Below are positions 33,983 to 47,409 of a stretch of 64,000 bases of DNA, one piece after another. The notes under the pieces were generated by a model that was not told the origin of the DNA, ran no database searches, and saw only the letters and a program-made list of their open reading frames with translations. The position numbers and the translations under genes were made by a program. This stretch comes from Lytechinus pictus (taxonomy: Eukaryota). Location of the stretch: NCBI RefSeq assembly GCF_037042905.1, contig NC_087245.1:20152001-20216000 (forward strand). Direction: 5' to 3'. Each line of letters opens with the position of its first letter. Position 1 is the first letter of the stretch.

Positions 33983-36900
33983 CTACAAAAATGGAGAGAC
34001 AAAAGAGGATAATTGATTACAAATATATACTGCAGGACCGGACCAATTCAATGTAAAGTATACATTAAATTTACAACATGACAGAGAAGGAACTCTCAGT
34101 AACAGTAATCTATACTTACATTTATTCACTCCACTTACTTTCATAATTTCTTGTAGAAGCAAATACTAAGACGATAATGTTAAACCAAACAACTGAACAG
34201 AGATTTCCAAAATGAGTTGGATAATGAATTTAAAAAATACCTTGTAAAAATAATTGCGGAAGTTTGTTAAAGGAGTTGGAAACAATTTGATGGCACTTAT
34301 CAATAACTGTTACAAATGCGTGCATGGAAAACAAACTGATACCTCTAATGCACAGCAAAACTAGAAAAATCTGCCTATCTCTCAACTTTTACTCTGTCAT
34401 CACTAAAAAATAATAGGGCAGAATTTGTGTTATTTGATTATCAACCATCGCAATATTACAATATGGTGACATACACCCCATGAATAACTGTCAATTAATG
34501 TCAGATATAATGTTCACATAACAATTTGTCTTGAGATAGGGATAAGACAGGTGCGATGGACAGGGAAATATATTGGTTTTGGGATGGCCCAGTGATCTGG
34601 ATTTAGGGGTGGGGATAATGTGTGGGTTTATGACCTTACAGAGAGATTAATAACATTTCAAGAAAGGTTTCTAGTGTGTAACACATTAAAACTTCCATAT
34701 TCTTTAAAACAATATTATGAGTCGATGTCTTCCTTGAAGTTTTAATGTCACAATATTTTTAACATCATCTTCATATTTTGCAGCCCTAGCAGAAGACCAT
34801 TCTTTGAACCAAAACATACCTTCAAAGACTGGTCAAGCAGCTGAGAAATGGTGGTATACCAATCTCTATGCTCCATCAGTACATTGAAATCCGAGTAGGA
34901 AAACCAACCTCTCCGACGTCCCTCATTTAAGGCGATCCTAGAAAGAACAAGAGTTTGGAACTTTTTAGTAGTTTTCACCAGTCAGTACCCATCCAAGAAA
35001 AAGGCAGGAACAGTTTGACAAAGAGTAGACTAAAACTTATAGTCGCCATGTAAAGCACACTAGGCTTAAGTTGAACAGAAAATCAAGTATGGCCAATTCA
35101 TAAATATCAATGAGAAAGTCTACTTAGAGTTTTAGCATGTTTAAAATCATTTCTTAAATTTACCATAATCATGCAAAGCTGATGTCTGCTATTCATTCCA
35201 ATTACAATGTAATTCAAAACACATTTGATCCTACTTCCATTTCATTTTTTATCATATTCACTTGCATGTATCACATACTGTGCACCCTGAAAGTTCTGAC
35301 CTGCTAAGACTAGCTTTTGCTAGATCCCGGCACAGACGTGAAGAAAATCCTGTCATATAAAGGCCACCACACACCTTACGACCCGACTGGTCGGCGACTG
35401 GCTTGCGACTGAGAGAGGGGAGATGAATCGCAAGGCGGTCATAAGCCTCGACACCGCACACCTTGCGATCCGATCTGCGACTCACGCATGCGCTTTTTGC
35501 TTTTGGGCATAGCAACTGAGAAAGTGCGCTTACTACTGCGTATGCGCGTTGTTTATCATAATACGCATCGTGCAGCTCTGCTGTGTGATTGGCTGGAAGT
35601 TGGATTGAGCTTGCGATCCAGTCATAAGGATTCGACATATCAAATCCTTACGATTTTCCTTGCGGCTTGTCTCTGACCGGTCTGCGACGCTCAAGCTGAC
35701 AAGAGCTGTGACGTCACATCTCCCCTCACTCAGTCGCAAGCCAGTCGCAGACCAGTCGGGTCGTAAGGTGTGCGGTGGCCTTAACACACAGGTCTAAAGG
35801 TGGTACAAACAGCTCCAAATCCATGCAACATTTGATGCAACACACTTGTGCACCCAAATGAATTTTATGTAGGTGTACATAAAGCTAGGTGCAGCAGATG
35901 CACTGGGTGACAAATTTGGCTGCACCATGTCTATTTTATATGCATAATAATTACAACCTATTCTCAAGAAATGTTTTTTTTATTTTTGTACCATTTCGCT
36001 AAGCTCTTTGACCAGACTTAAGTACCTACGATTTAGTCTCGGGCTTAAAATGATATTTCTGAAATGAATTCAAATTCATTGGACAAATTTTTGATATCAT
36101 AAAATCATATTCATGAGTTTAATCAGTCACTACATAATCACATTCCCAGATCTTGATCTAAGAGAGTGTAAATGATTAAAATTCAAATGTAAACAGAGTA
36201 AGACTTATCTGCATGCTGATAATAAAAACATGCATAGAACACACAAATTCTTGTGAAGCTTACCATGTTTCCATTTGTTGTAAGAACTCAAAGAATTCAT
36301 CTGGTTTGATGTACAGGTCCCAGTCCTGAAATACATGCATGAATGGAATTAATACCATCAGTTTAGTAAACATCCTTGTCAATGATATCCTCAATTATGA
36401 TATTTGCACAATCTACATTTTTTATCATATTGCTACACTATGATATAGTTTCTGAAAGCAATGTGTATTAGCGCTTTAAATAGTGACGGTAAAAGAACTT
36501 TTACAATTATGAGTGTCAATTCAGGGAGAGTGGAATAGATTCTATTGTACACTATTTATCTACCCTTTTCATTGGTTGGGATCAACCAATAACAATTCAA
36601 ATTTCTACTCTTTTCAAATTCAGTCATAAAGGGAAAATACCAATACAAAAAAGGGAGAAAAAAATGGTTGAGAAAATAGGCAAGTTTTCCACAGGTCAAT
36701 TTTCATCCATCATTAACAAAGAAAATCCAACAATTGTTTTTTGTTTCCTGTCTTTTTTGAATAAAAAATGATTGTAATGATTAATTACTTCAAATGAATA
36801 CATGCTTCATTGAGGAGAATCTACTTATTTTTCATCATTTATCACATTTTAAATTAACATGATTTATTTGAGTCACAGTTAAAATATGAAAACATTAGAA

Positions 36901-39211
36901 ATGGAGTCTGAACAAGAATTAGAAATATACTTACAATCGCTTCCAGAAAGTCTCGTTCCAGTTCATTAACCCTTTTAACATCAATTTTAGCTGTTAAAAA
37001 TAAAAGAAATCATTTTTACATCTTTCAAATATCTTGTTGAACATCTATATTAAACTGTACAATAAATTGGCAAACAAAAATGTGGAACTTGCTATCAAAG
37101 AAAGATTGGGACCAAGCATACGCTTGTCCAGTTTGAATGTTTTCTTCATAGCAATTCAGTCTAAACTCAGACTTTTAGAGAGATTATTGCCAGTTAATAC
37201 TGGATGAGGTCACCTTACTACATGTGTTCTAGTTCTTGACCAATAAATTGGGTGCTCCAACCCCCAAAGGCTTTCCAATGTTGATGGATAGTGCATGCAA
37301 TTTAACAGTTCATGAATTAGTTTTCTATGGTACAACAATCACCTAGGCTCTACCTACAATGTATTGGGAGTTCTGCACACGAAGGACAATGTACGGCAAA
37401 CCAGCAAATAACGGCAAGATTGTCGGCATGCATATGGTCTAAGCAGAGGTATGAAATGAGAGGTTTACTTCAAATTCGTCTAATGCCAATTCGTCCAATT
37501 GCCAACTCGTCTACTATCATTTGGTCTATCATTAGTTCGTCTACTCACCATATGGTCTACTTTCATTTAGTCCAATGCCATTCCATCTAATAACCAGTTG
37601 GTCCAATAACCATTTAGTCCATATACCATTTGGTCTCATTAAACTTAAGTGTTAATTGTGCAAAATGAATAAAAAGAAAATGGGTATTAGACCAAATGGT
37701 TATAAGACGAAATGGTAATAGACGAACTGGTCATTAGATGAAGTGATGATTGGACCAGATGATTATTGGACCAAATGGTTGTTAGACGAAATGTTGATGG
37801 ACGGAATGGTATTAGACTAAATGAAGGTAGACCATGTGGTGAGTGGACGAGTTGGCAGAGGACGAATTGGCAATTTACCAGTATTACTCCTTGATTGCTT
37901 CACATACAAATGTTACCCACTTCAACCACAAAACAATGATGATCACCCCCTTGTTTAACCCTTTTTTTGAAAAAGAAAATAACTATGACTGTTTTCATTT
38001 CAAAGGTTAAACTTACCACTATCCGCCCATTCATCACTGAATATTTCCTCGTCTTCACCTTCATCATAGAGAAACTTAGTAGCCAGCATCTGAAGAAAAA
38101 TAAATAAGGCATTAAAATCTATTAGAATGGGGCCAAAACAATGCAATAGTTGAAATATGTGCAACACCAAGTCTTTGCATACACAACAATGATCATGACA
38201 AATTTGGACAAATAAGGGCAGTTATTGCAATTTATTAGAGAACTTGCTAAAAGTCCTATTAAGTTGGGCTACAAAGAGGTTATTGAACCTTGTACTTAGC
38301 AGTTTAGTGAAATTCAGTTCCTTACAAGATATTTAAAACCCAAGGTTTTTTTTCAATTCGGAAAACGAAAGGAAACTGATGACCTGTAAGTATAATAGAA
38401 ACTTGCTCAAAAGAATTGGGAATAGAGCCAAGGACACGAGCTCCAAGGACGGGATTGTGGGATTCTGTTTCTCTCATATACTTTGTACACAAGACTAAGC
38501 CTATAACAAAACATGTCCCTAAAGCTAGTGTCATTTCCATTCCTGGTACCCATTGTTATTAAACATGAATCTGTTACATGTATCTTTCCTTGTAATGTAC
38601 ATGTGATATTTAAGAAATACATTTAAGAAATAAATTGAAGTAAACTCACCATGGAAACCAGGAAGAGTTCAGTGGAAGTTACTTTCTGGAGGTAGGAAGA
38701 TTTCTGTCGTTTGAGACGACGAGCGTACATCATACCCAGCATGGAAGACGAAGGGTTTATCTGTCCATTTCTGCACGCAAAAAATAATGATTAATTTCAG
38801 TTTCATTCATGCATATATGACTTGTTAAAGAGCTGTACTCAATTACTACATTAAAAAACACAACAAATCTGGAAGCAGCAATTGACTGAGAAAGATGGGG
38901 GGGGGGGGGGGGGGGGCTAGACAGCAATTTAGACCCAAAGATGTAAAATATTACATTTGTTATGTTAGGTTAAATTCAAAAGCTTATTTGTAATGAACAG
39001 AAGTGAGGAAATGGACCCCTTCATCTGTGACTATCTTCCAGATACCAACCAAAAAATTACTTTTTTTCTTTCCAGGGCTCTTTTTGGAGAAACTTAAAAA
39101 TTTTCCAGGGCTACTTTTTCATTTTCCAGGGCTCTTTTTCCACTTTCCAGGGCTACAATTTCTACTTTCCAGGGCTACAATTTCTGGAGCTATTTCGCGG
39201 CTTTTTTGCGT

Positions 39212-39242
<31 letters not shown>

Positions 39243-42200
39243 CACGGTAGCTAGCATATACCAGGGAAGTATAACACTTCCCTGGTTTGACCTTCGCATT
39301 GTTTCTTCGAAGTGATTGTTTATGATTTTAGTGTTGTGATGATAGATGGATTTTGATGCTTGAACGATATCTGAGTTGATTCATGGACCTAATACAGACC
39401 TATTCAGATTAAATCATGGAGGTAGAACCTCCATGAATTAATCCAAGTTTGAATGTTTGATACTTGGTTGACGTGAGCTTTGCGTGTTTACTATTTAGTG
39501 TTATAGCCCATTTGTCAAATTAATCTAGAAAGATCTGTATTCGTGTCTAAAGACAATGTAAAAGAAAAAGAAAGTTCTGAATTTGTACAATTCTGAGGTA
39601 ATTTATTAATATCATACAATATAGGTACCTGCAAATGTTATGAAGTTGAACAAATATCCTTCGTACATATTTGACTGAAAGTTATTTAAATGACACTTTT
39701 TAAAAAAGACTTTAAATTATTCATACAAAATAATGATATAAGTCATAAAGGTCATTGAATTGTTAAGCGTTCGTATCAGTTACACAGATTCATGACAAAA
39801 AGGCCTACCAGAACGTAAACTGGCAATTTCCATCATCCATCATGAATGCCTAGCCTTGCACAGCCTCTAATTGAAATGAACTTATCCACGTCTTTGCAAA
39901 TTTTACCTGACCTAATTTCTCCACACAGTGAGAGAGGCCATGTGGCAGCCAAACCAAAACAGAATGAAAAGGGCGGCAATCTCGTACCCCCCCCCCCCCA
40001 CCACCACCACAAGAATATCAGATTTCCAAACATGTGCTTCTCAAGATTGTGCAATACATGACGGAGACAAAGAAAGTTATGTAAACAAATTGCCGAGGGT
40101 TGATGTCCCTGAATTAAGGGGCTAGTCTACGTTTTCAGTCACTTAAGAAAATGGCGAACTGGCCAAAGGTGAAATACATCATTGAAAAAAAAATGAATGT
40201 TTGGATTAAAATAACGAAGATTAAATGAAATATGACTGAAAAATATCCATAGTTGAATCTCTACTTTTATTACTGACAGAACAATAACATCATTTTTTTA
40301 TTAACTTCTTGCCAATATTCCAATAAGGCAAGACTCCCATTTAAGACTAGAATGAAAGAAAAAAATCAAAGCATGATTTTTTTTAAAGGGATACACGAGA
40401 CTCTTGTTTTGAACAGAGATATAAAAATATTTAAAAACAAACAAGAGGTGATAAACACTTCATTAAAATTATAATGAAGTTCGTAGTGAATTACAACTTG
40501 TAAAAGGAGAAATTAACAAGAATAATAGGGAAATAAAGTTTGGAAGAAAAGAAGGAATGAGGAGAGACAAGCTTTGGGGGGAAGGATCAAGATGGGTGGC
40601 TGCAGCTCGACATGGGGCTAGATAAATGGGAGGGGGGGGGAGCAATCATCTATCAAGTCGCCCAAAATCTTACACCTTCACCAAACTTCTCACACAATCC
40701 ACACACAAATCCCAGTTCATGATACAATCACAAGTGTCGCTCAACACATGCGCACGTGGTCTCTACTGGCATTTTACAGTCACACACACAGAAATACACA
40801 CTACACACAATGCACACGATGCATCCCCATACCACATGCAGTCACACTGAGCCTAAAGCACACAAGCAGAGAAACCTTCTGCTCGAAGTATATGACTCCT
40901 CGGCTCCAAATTCTACATTTATTTTATCTCAGTGCTTGGAGTCGGCGCTGGGGCCGATTTTCGTCCATGAATGAGAGAGCATGGCAAAGACTTGAGTCCC
41001 TTTATCTCAGAACCGCCGCCGCTTGGTACTCGAGTCTCCAGAGATCAGGGTCGACTCCCCGACTCTGGCATAGAGAATCGGGTAGACTCGATTACCCGGC
41101 GCTGGCTCCCAAGCCTAGTTGAATTGACGGGGGCGATTATGAGTTTTGCAGTCGCCCTTGTGTGAATGTTTTTAGCCCTTTTCCGGGGCTCTTTTTGGAC
41201 TTTCCGGGGCGAATTCGCCCGCCGCCCCCGTGTAATTTTTTGGTTGCCAGATACACTCACTTACCGATTAAACTTGGCAACATGGCGACGTGTAAACGTG
41301 CCCAGATTCTTCTCTGCAGCATTCTGGAACAGATCAACAGCAACATCTGAAAAATTGCAGATTAACAATATTCTATTTTTCTAAGGAAATATTTTGTACA
41401 TTATGTATAAAAAAAACCACAAGACTGAAACATTCTTTTAAAAAAAGAATTACTTTATTTTCGCAATTTTATTGATTTTTATTTCAATATATACTGTACA
41501 TGTACATGTAGGTATCAAGAAGTAAATTTTTGTTCTTGTTCAACAGGGTTTATTCAGGTTTCATGATTACACCTTTAGTGATCGCTGAAGGGGAAAACAA
41601 TCTTTGATGTAAATGGTATTTTTCAAACTGTCTTGAACCATACATCATCAACATGGATTGGTACATTAGTAACAATAAATTGAAGGGAATTGAAATTTTG
41701 GTGATGCTGGACAGGCTATGTTTGTGAAAATAAAACCAATGTAAGTTTTAGTTAACGAACATTCATTTCTAATCCATTGGTACAAAGGCTGAATTACATG
41801 TACTTGTTTTCACTATTAGAAACAAAGTCATTTAACCATGAAAATATGTCCTATACAGTACAATGGTCTTTTTATCTTAAGATGCAAGTATCACATCACA
41901 TAGAATGACTTATGATGTCTCTTTTTTTTTAAATTATATATTCAGCGTATGGATTGCTTGAGGGAATTTAAGGGTGTTAAAAGGGGGTTTCCAAGGAAGC
42001 TTCAGCTAGGGATTAAGGGGTTAATAAAAACTCACCAGCTACAGGCAATGATATCCCCTCGGTAGACTTTCCCAAATACAGGGTGTTTCTGAACCTTCTC
42101 TCCAAGGCATTATGTACAGGTAATTGCTGTAGAAAGAGAGAGAGAGTAGTTTACTGCATGTATAGAAAAGCATGAATACCATTGTCCTTAAAGTGAAAAT

Positions 42201-45200
42201 AGTGGAGATACATGTTGTGGAATATTAATTTCAACTTTGATGTGGCTTCACTTGTCAAAAATTGTCTGTATATGTCACCAGAATAGAAACTGCCATCAGA
42301 AAAATATTCCCTCTTGAACATACATCAGTAATTCTAGAACTCTAAGGAGTTGTTAGAATGCAACAAAATTCTAGGGGAAAAATTATAGTTATGTTCATTT
42401 CTAGTGTGCCCTTACAAACTGTAAGCTGTTCTGTTGACCTGTTTATTGATACATTTTGAATAGAAATGGGTTTTAAATTTAACTTTCAAAACAAGGAGAT
42501 AGAAGTTTGAATCTAATAAAAACTCATTCTATCTCAGAATATGTTTGATAAGCTGCAAATAATACTTCATACATGTTGGCCTAAAAGCAATTGACAATGA
42601 ATTCAAATAAAACACCTGTTTTTATTCTCAAGACAACATCATACCGCTCTCTATATGCAGCTCGTAGCTAGGCTACTATCAAAGAGAACAAGATGGCAAC
42701 ATAAACATCGGCAAGTTTTTCCCCATCTTCTCATAATATATTTCTCGGTTTTTTAAATGAACAATAGTTTATAAATGAAATCAATAATGTAAATGTCGGA
42801 AATGAAGTTCGAGCTCATTGACATGTACATGATTTAAGGCTAGAAACTTGACAGGGAAAGTAGAATTTGGCGAGGCAAAAATTTTAATTTTGCCTGTCCA
42901 GTGCGCACATGATATACATGTACATGTAGGCACAATCTCTGGCTCCGTGGAGAGTAAAGCACACATTAGTGAATGAAACGTTAACTGTACCTCAGGTGAT
43001 GGTTTGTGTGTAGGCTCCACTACACCTACCATAACCATCGGGCGATAAATACTCGCTCTCAAAAATCAGTGACAAACTTTTTGGTAAAAAAGGCAACACA
43101 TCATGTCAAAAAAAGACATTAAGCGTCCTCTACAGTGACCAACTTACTAACGGACACAGACTTACTCCTTGCCTTTTCTTGTAAATGTCTCAAAATAGGT
43201 GGTGAGGTACGTTGACTGTATTATTAGTGTTCGAAAAACTATAAGTCTAGGCCAAGTCTAGGACTTCGGAGCCTCCTGGCTAACTTTAGTATAATTTACC
43301 TCATTTTACTTTTATACTTGACTTATGATATGATGGGGTGACCATAATTTACACATATTTTAGAAATTTTCATGATGAAGTTGATTTTCAATAAAAAATT
43401 TCTCCCAGTTCACACAAAAATTAATCAAAATCATAAATAACAGAAGGCAAGATCCTATAGTCAAATTCGCTTGATGGAATTATAAGGTCAAGGGTTGCGC
43501 TGGTATGGCGATATCAAAATTCCATGGCGATTGACTAATGCGCACTCGGCTGAAAAAGTGTCCTAAAAAAGTGTGACCTTAGTTTGCGCATGATCGTTTT
43601 GCAAAGCTTTAGAAAATAAATCAAGCAAAGGTAAGATAATTGTATCAGATGGAGGTTAAAATGCCAAATTCGGTAGGTATCACATTTTACTTATGGTACT
43701 TATTTGGAGACCTCTGCTTGCAAACTGGCAATTTCTTGATGCTTGTCGAGAAGATCAGATTTTCTCGGAGCAGACGCAAAGGCCAAAGCTAACCAAATTT
43801 GCCGATGTTTTGCCAATATTTTCACAATTTGAGACCTTACTTTCAAGAAAATTACCATATACTAAGGGGTTGGGTGTCTGGACACTTTATATTTTTGAAG
43901 CCTTCTTTTTTGTCTTTGGATTAAACTAAGCATATGAATTCAATAGATGTAATCATCTTCTATTTTGTTCTCTAGAATCTATATTTCCTAACATTTTGTA
44001 CTAAAAATTGATGAAACTTCGCTTGTAAATTTTTTCAAATGACTATCTAAAATTGATCGTCCAGACACAACCTGTCCTGACACACAACAACTGGCTATAT
44101 GGTAGGGGGTCCTAAAGCTACGCACAACTCCAATGCGCATGCAATTTCAATTGCAAAATGCGCACTCTGTGTGTGGAGCTAGTGACTGCAGTGTGACGAA
44201 CGATTCCTATTCATTGTTTTCTACAGAGGCTGCAATAAATCGCTAAATACAGAGAAAACCAGCAACTGTTTGGAATTTTGGAGTTAAATTCACTTTGATT
44301 TCATATTTCCTATAAGAATATGAACATTATTTAGAAGTTTAGGCACAGGAAATACTTTTTCTTGGCATGATAAATTGAGTGCGTAGCTTTAGGACCCCTT
44401 CTATATCGGGCGGCGAAATCAAGAGGTGTTCGGAAAACACGCCGGGATTTTCGTATTAGTGAGTTTTGTGATATTTTCTTTTTTGGTTATGAATCTTTAC
44501 AATATTTAACACAAATTTGTGAAAGATGATTTGTTAGAAATTTTTAGAATATTAAAATTGGCATACGGTAGTTTTTATCATTTGGAAACAAAGTGCGTAG
44601 CTTTAGGTCCCCGATCATACTATCATGTCATGACTACGACCCAACTTAGTCATTAGAGATCTGCCGGCTATCTAGACTAAGTTAGGCCTATTTTGGGTCG
44701 CTTTTTCTCAATTTCTGTTGTGTTGCCGTTCGTGATATCACTCAGTTTTTCAAGATATTAATTATTGTACAACGCCTAGTTAGCTTGTTGTACGCGAGCA
44801 AATGGGAGGCTGAATGTCAAACATTCGTACCGTTGCACAAAAGACGTACCATCCAAAATGTACCGTCCAAAATGTACCGTTGCACGGCTTTAGGAGGTGA
44901 CGTCACAATACGATTCAATTCATTGCGCTCAGTAAAAATGCAGGTGCAATACGCGTATAGCCTGCTGGCTAAATGCGCAATGCTGCCCGAGGTGTTCGCT
45001 TGTGGGATTTTGCTTTTCGCTTTCCATATTTTTGCTCCCTTTTCATAGATTACTGCAGGAAAAACTCTTTGTTTTTTCATAAATTCGCTAAACTCCGAGG
45101 CGTTGTACAACACAAATAGCGAATATTCTTATTCGTGCAATGGTGCGAGATTTCGCATTCGGTGAAAGAAAGAAACATTCTATTCAACTCCGCTCACGCC

Positions 45201-46190
45201 TCGTTGAATAGAGCATCTTTCTTTCACCTCATGCGAAATCTCGCGCCATCGCACTCATGCCTATTCGCTATTTGTATATTGTACAACGCCTACTTAGCTT
45301 GTTGTACGCGAGCAAATGGGAGGCTGAATGTCAAACATTCGTACCGTTGCACAAAAGACGTACCATCCAAAATGTACCGTTGCACGGCTTTAGGAGGTGA
45401 CGTCACAATACGATTCAATTCATTGCGCTCAGTAAAAATGCAGGTGCAATACGCGTATAGCCTGCTGGCTAAATGCGCAATGCTGCCCGAGGTGTTCGCT
45501 TGTGGGATTTTGCTTTTCGCTTTCCATATTTTTGCTCCCTTTTCATAGATTACTGCAGGAAAAACTCTTTGTTTTTTCATAAATTCGCTAAACTCCGAGG
45601 CGTTGTACAACACAAATAGCGAATATTCTTATTCGTGCAATGGTGCGAGATTTCGCATTCGGTGAAAGAAAGAAACATTCTATTCAACTCGGCTAACGCC
45701 TCGTTGAATAGAGCATCTTTCTTTCACCTCATGCAAAATCTCGCACCATTGCACTCATGCCTATTCGCTATTTGTATACCGTACTAGGCCTAGGCCTACT
45801 TGAATTAGATAAAGAGATATTCGACTGTGTACAAAATTAGGTAGGATGAGTGGGTCACACCACCATACTAAGTTACACGTCATGTGGCAATACCTTTATT
45901 TTTATTCACTTGGGTCTGAGTCACGCATGACACAGTCAACAAAGACAAAGTCTCGACTTCCCACGTTACAAACTGCGGGTGGGTGGGTTCTTTCAACAAC
46001 GGTTTGGATCGGCAATGATCGGGGAAACGCGCGAAAGAAAAAAAGGGCGAGTCTCAAAGAAGACCAAGGTATTTTGGTCAAAGTGTTACGAATTTAAGAA
46101 ATCATATTTTTTTAAATCAATACGAACCTCGAAGTCATTATAATTCTCGACATCTTCTTCCAAACGACGTAGACTCTCTAGAAACTCCAT
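33140..46190 (-). CDS. CNPPD1: Cyclin Pas1/PHO80 domain-containing protein 1 (CNPPD1), 9 coding exons, ~502 aa
   Basis: Minus-strand exons 46190-46128, 42126-42036, 41346-41265, 38770-38650, 38089-38017, 36990-36935, 36325-36264, 34937-34820, 33982-33140 join in frame (1509 nt) with GT-AG boundaries. Motifs [71 protein letters not shown] and GRRRGWFSYSD match vertebrate CNPPD1 as I recall it (e.g. [27 protein letters not shown]). A hydrophobic segment follows. Confidence 0.93.
34820..34937 (-). CDS. CNPPD1: CNPPD1 coding exon 8 (WIALNEGRRRGWFSYSDF...QSLK)
   Basis: tttctag acceptor, AAG|GTATGT donor. Confidence 0.9.
35361..35781. mobile_element. PIF/Harbinger-like MITE
   Basis: ~65-bp TIR AGGCCACC(A/G)CACACCTTACGACCCGACTGGTC...; 3-bp TAA TSD. 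Confidence 0.82.
36264..36325 (-). CDS. CNPPD1: CNPPD1 coding exon 7 (DWDLYIKPDEFFEFLQQMET)
   Basis: tttcag acceptor, TG|GTAAGC donor. Confidence 0.9.
36935..36990 (-). CDS. CNPPD1: CNPPD1 coding exon 6 ([19 protein letters not shown])
   Basis: cyclin-box N-x-L-E-R-x-F-L motif; canonical splice sites. Confidence 0.9.
37462..37879. mobile_element. Foldback MITE with ~16-bp subrepeats
   Basis: Left arm of CCAA(C/T)TCGTC(C/T)A repeats mirrored by T(A/G)GACGA(A/G)TTGG repeats on the right; GGT...ACC termini. Confidence 0.7.
38017..38089 (-). CDS. CNPPD1: CNPPD1 coding exon 5 ([24 protein letters not shown])
   Basis: signature motif; canonical splice sites. Confidence 0.94.
38650..38770 (-). 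CDS. CNPPD1: CNPPD1 coding exon 4 (cyclin-like domain, ...TELFLVSM)
   Basis: gtgcag acceptor, ATG|GTGAGT donor. Confidence 0.92.
39046..41246. mobile_element. 2.2-kb non-autonomous hAT- or P-like DNA transposon in CNPPD1 intron 3
   Basis: Perfect 15-bp TIR CAACCAAAAAATTAC; 8-bp TSD CCAGATAC; subterminal TTTCC(A/G)GGGCT repeats at both ends. Confidence 0.85.
41265..41346 (-). CDS. CNPPD1: CNPPD1 coding exon 3 (DVAVDLFQNAAEKNLGTFTRRHVAKFN)
   Basis: tttttcag acceptor, CG|GTAAGT donor. Confidence 0.88.
42036..42126 (-). CDS. CNPPD1: CNPPD1 coding exon 2 ([30 protein letters not shown])
   Basis: ctttctacag acceptor, G|GTGAGT donor. Confidence 0.88.
44104..44614. mobile_element. Inverted-repeat element (GGGGTCCTAAAGCTACGCAC motif, one forward and two reverse copies)
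   Basis: Motif at ~44105; reverse complements at ~44379-44398 and ~44593-44612. Confidence 0.55.
44763..45778. mobile_element. Head-to-tail dimer (514 + ~500 bp) of a TIR-less element ending in a long hairpin (possibly Crypton-type, non-autonomous)
   Basis: Near-identical units starting TATTGTACAACGCC at 44763 and 45277; each ends in a ~165-bp inverted repeat; class is inferred. Confidence 0.75.
46128..46190 (-). CDS. CNPPD1: CNPPD1 coding exon 1 (MEFLESLRRLEEDVENYNDFE)
   Basis: ATG, phase-0 donor GAG|GTTCGT, next to a CpG-richer promoter-like segment. Confidence 0.72.
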
Positions 46191-46239
46191 TCCTTTGACA
46201 ATTTACCTCGTCATGTCATTCTTACACTTTCACATATGT

Positions 46240-46390
46240 TTACCTGCAACAAAATCCGATCGATCTTATCGCGATCGACGGTCGCGTTGTATACTGCCCT
46301 CTACGATAAAAAAAAATACTTCCGGGATCGAACTTGATATTGCATCGACAACATTCCGTTGCCATCTCGTTATCGGGCCCGTTATTTTCA
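46240..46390 (-). promoter_or_regulatory. Probable CNPPD1 promoter/TSS region
   Basis: Locally CpG-rich segment just upstream of the first coding exon; ETS-type ACTTCCGG at ~46318. Confidence 0.4.
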
Positions 46391-46660
46391 CTGACAAATT
46401 TGCTCTCAGCATTATAACCAGAGGCAAGGATTCTGAAAAAATGTATCAGTTGTCAATGAAATCACTTACGCAATTTGTTCATGAAATTCTTTCCAGGGTT
46501 CCTGGTCACAAACATGAGAGTCAATGATGCGAAACATATATGTAGGCCTAGATCTATATATCCACTTTATCTGTAAAATGCATTGATAAAAAAAAAAAAA
46601 AAAAAAAAAAAATCTCTCTGAGCTCTAATGGTGGGGTGGCCTGTATTATTATCCCCTAAT

Positions 46661-46669
46661 AATATATAC

Positions 46670-46728
<59 letters not shown>
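46661..46728. repeat. (TA)n microsatellite
   Basis: direct inspection. Confidence 0.95.
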
Positions 46729-46730
<2 letters not shown>

Positions 46731-46893
46731 AGTGGCCCTCGTACGTAGCTCTTTCATTTTATTTTCTAGTATTAGTGATTGACATTTTATTATGTCTTGT
46801 TCTTCAATACTGAAATGGAGATTAAGATAATCTAATGTAAAACGCAACATTGCAAAATCGCAGCACTGATGCTTCAAATAATCCGGTAAATGT

Positions 46894-47096
46894 TAATAAT
46901 AATGATGATAATAATAATAATAATTAATAATAACAATTATAATAATAATAATAATAATAATCCGCTTTTATATAGCGCTTAATACATCGGAACGACGAGT
47001 CTAAGCGCTTTGCAGATATAATTACCCCGGTTATTGGATTCAATCAGTCATTCCCGCACACAATGTGTGCACATCCTCCACTCCTGGGGAGTATTC
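46894..47096 (-). mobile_element. 3' part of a SINE with an L2-type tail (possibly Deu/Nin-domain SINE)
   Basis: Minus strand: GAATACTCCCCAGGAGTGGAGG... AAGCGCTTAG...AAGCGCTATATAAAAG-(ATT)n. Confidence 0.6.
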
Positions 47097-47409
47097 AGTT
47101 CAGTATTCAATACTAGAAATTTATTGAAGCCAACTTATGAAAAGAGTCATTAAAACAAGGGTGGCGCCATGAAAATTTGATATTAGTCAAATAAAAGGAG
47201 ATACAAGGGTGACTTCATTTTCCGTCAATGAATATGCCTGCAATGAGACACTTTCCTTTTGGAACTTTTTTGTTCGTTCCTCCAAACTCTTTGGGCTCTG
47301 ATTCTGGACCTTCCTCCAGGTGCAAAGAGCTTCGATTTTACACCGTAACTAAGCGGTTTCCGCACTCACACCTTTATAAATCATTGCAAGCGGATTAATA
47401 CAGTAACTT

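Noticed and set aside
44785..45613. Duplicated 87-137 aa ORFs on both strands
   Set aside because: They arise from the tandem repeat unit; no recognisable domain or splice context.
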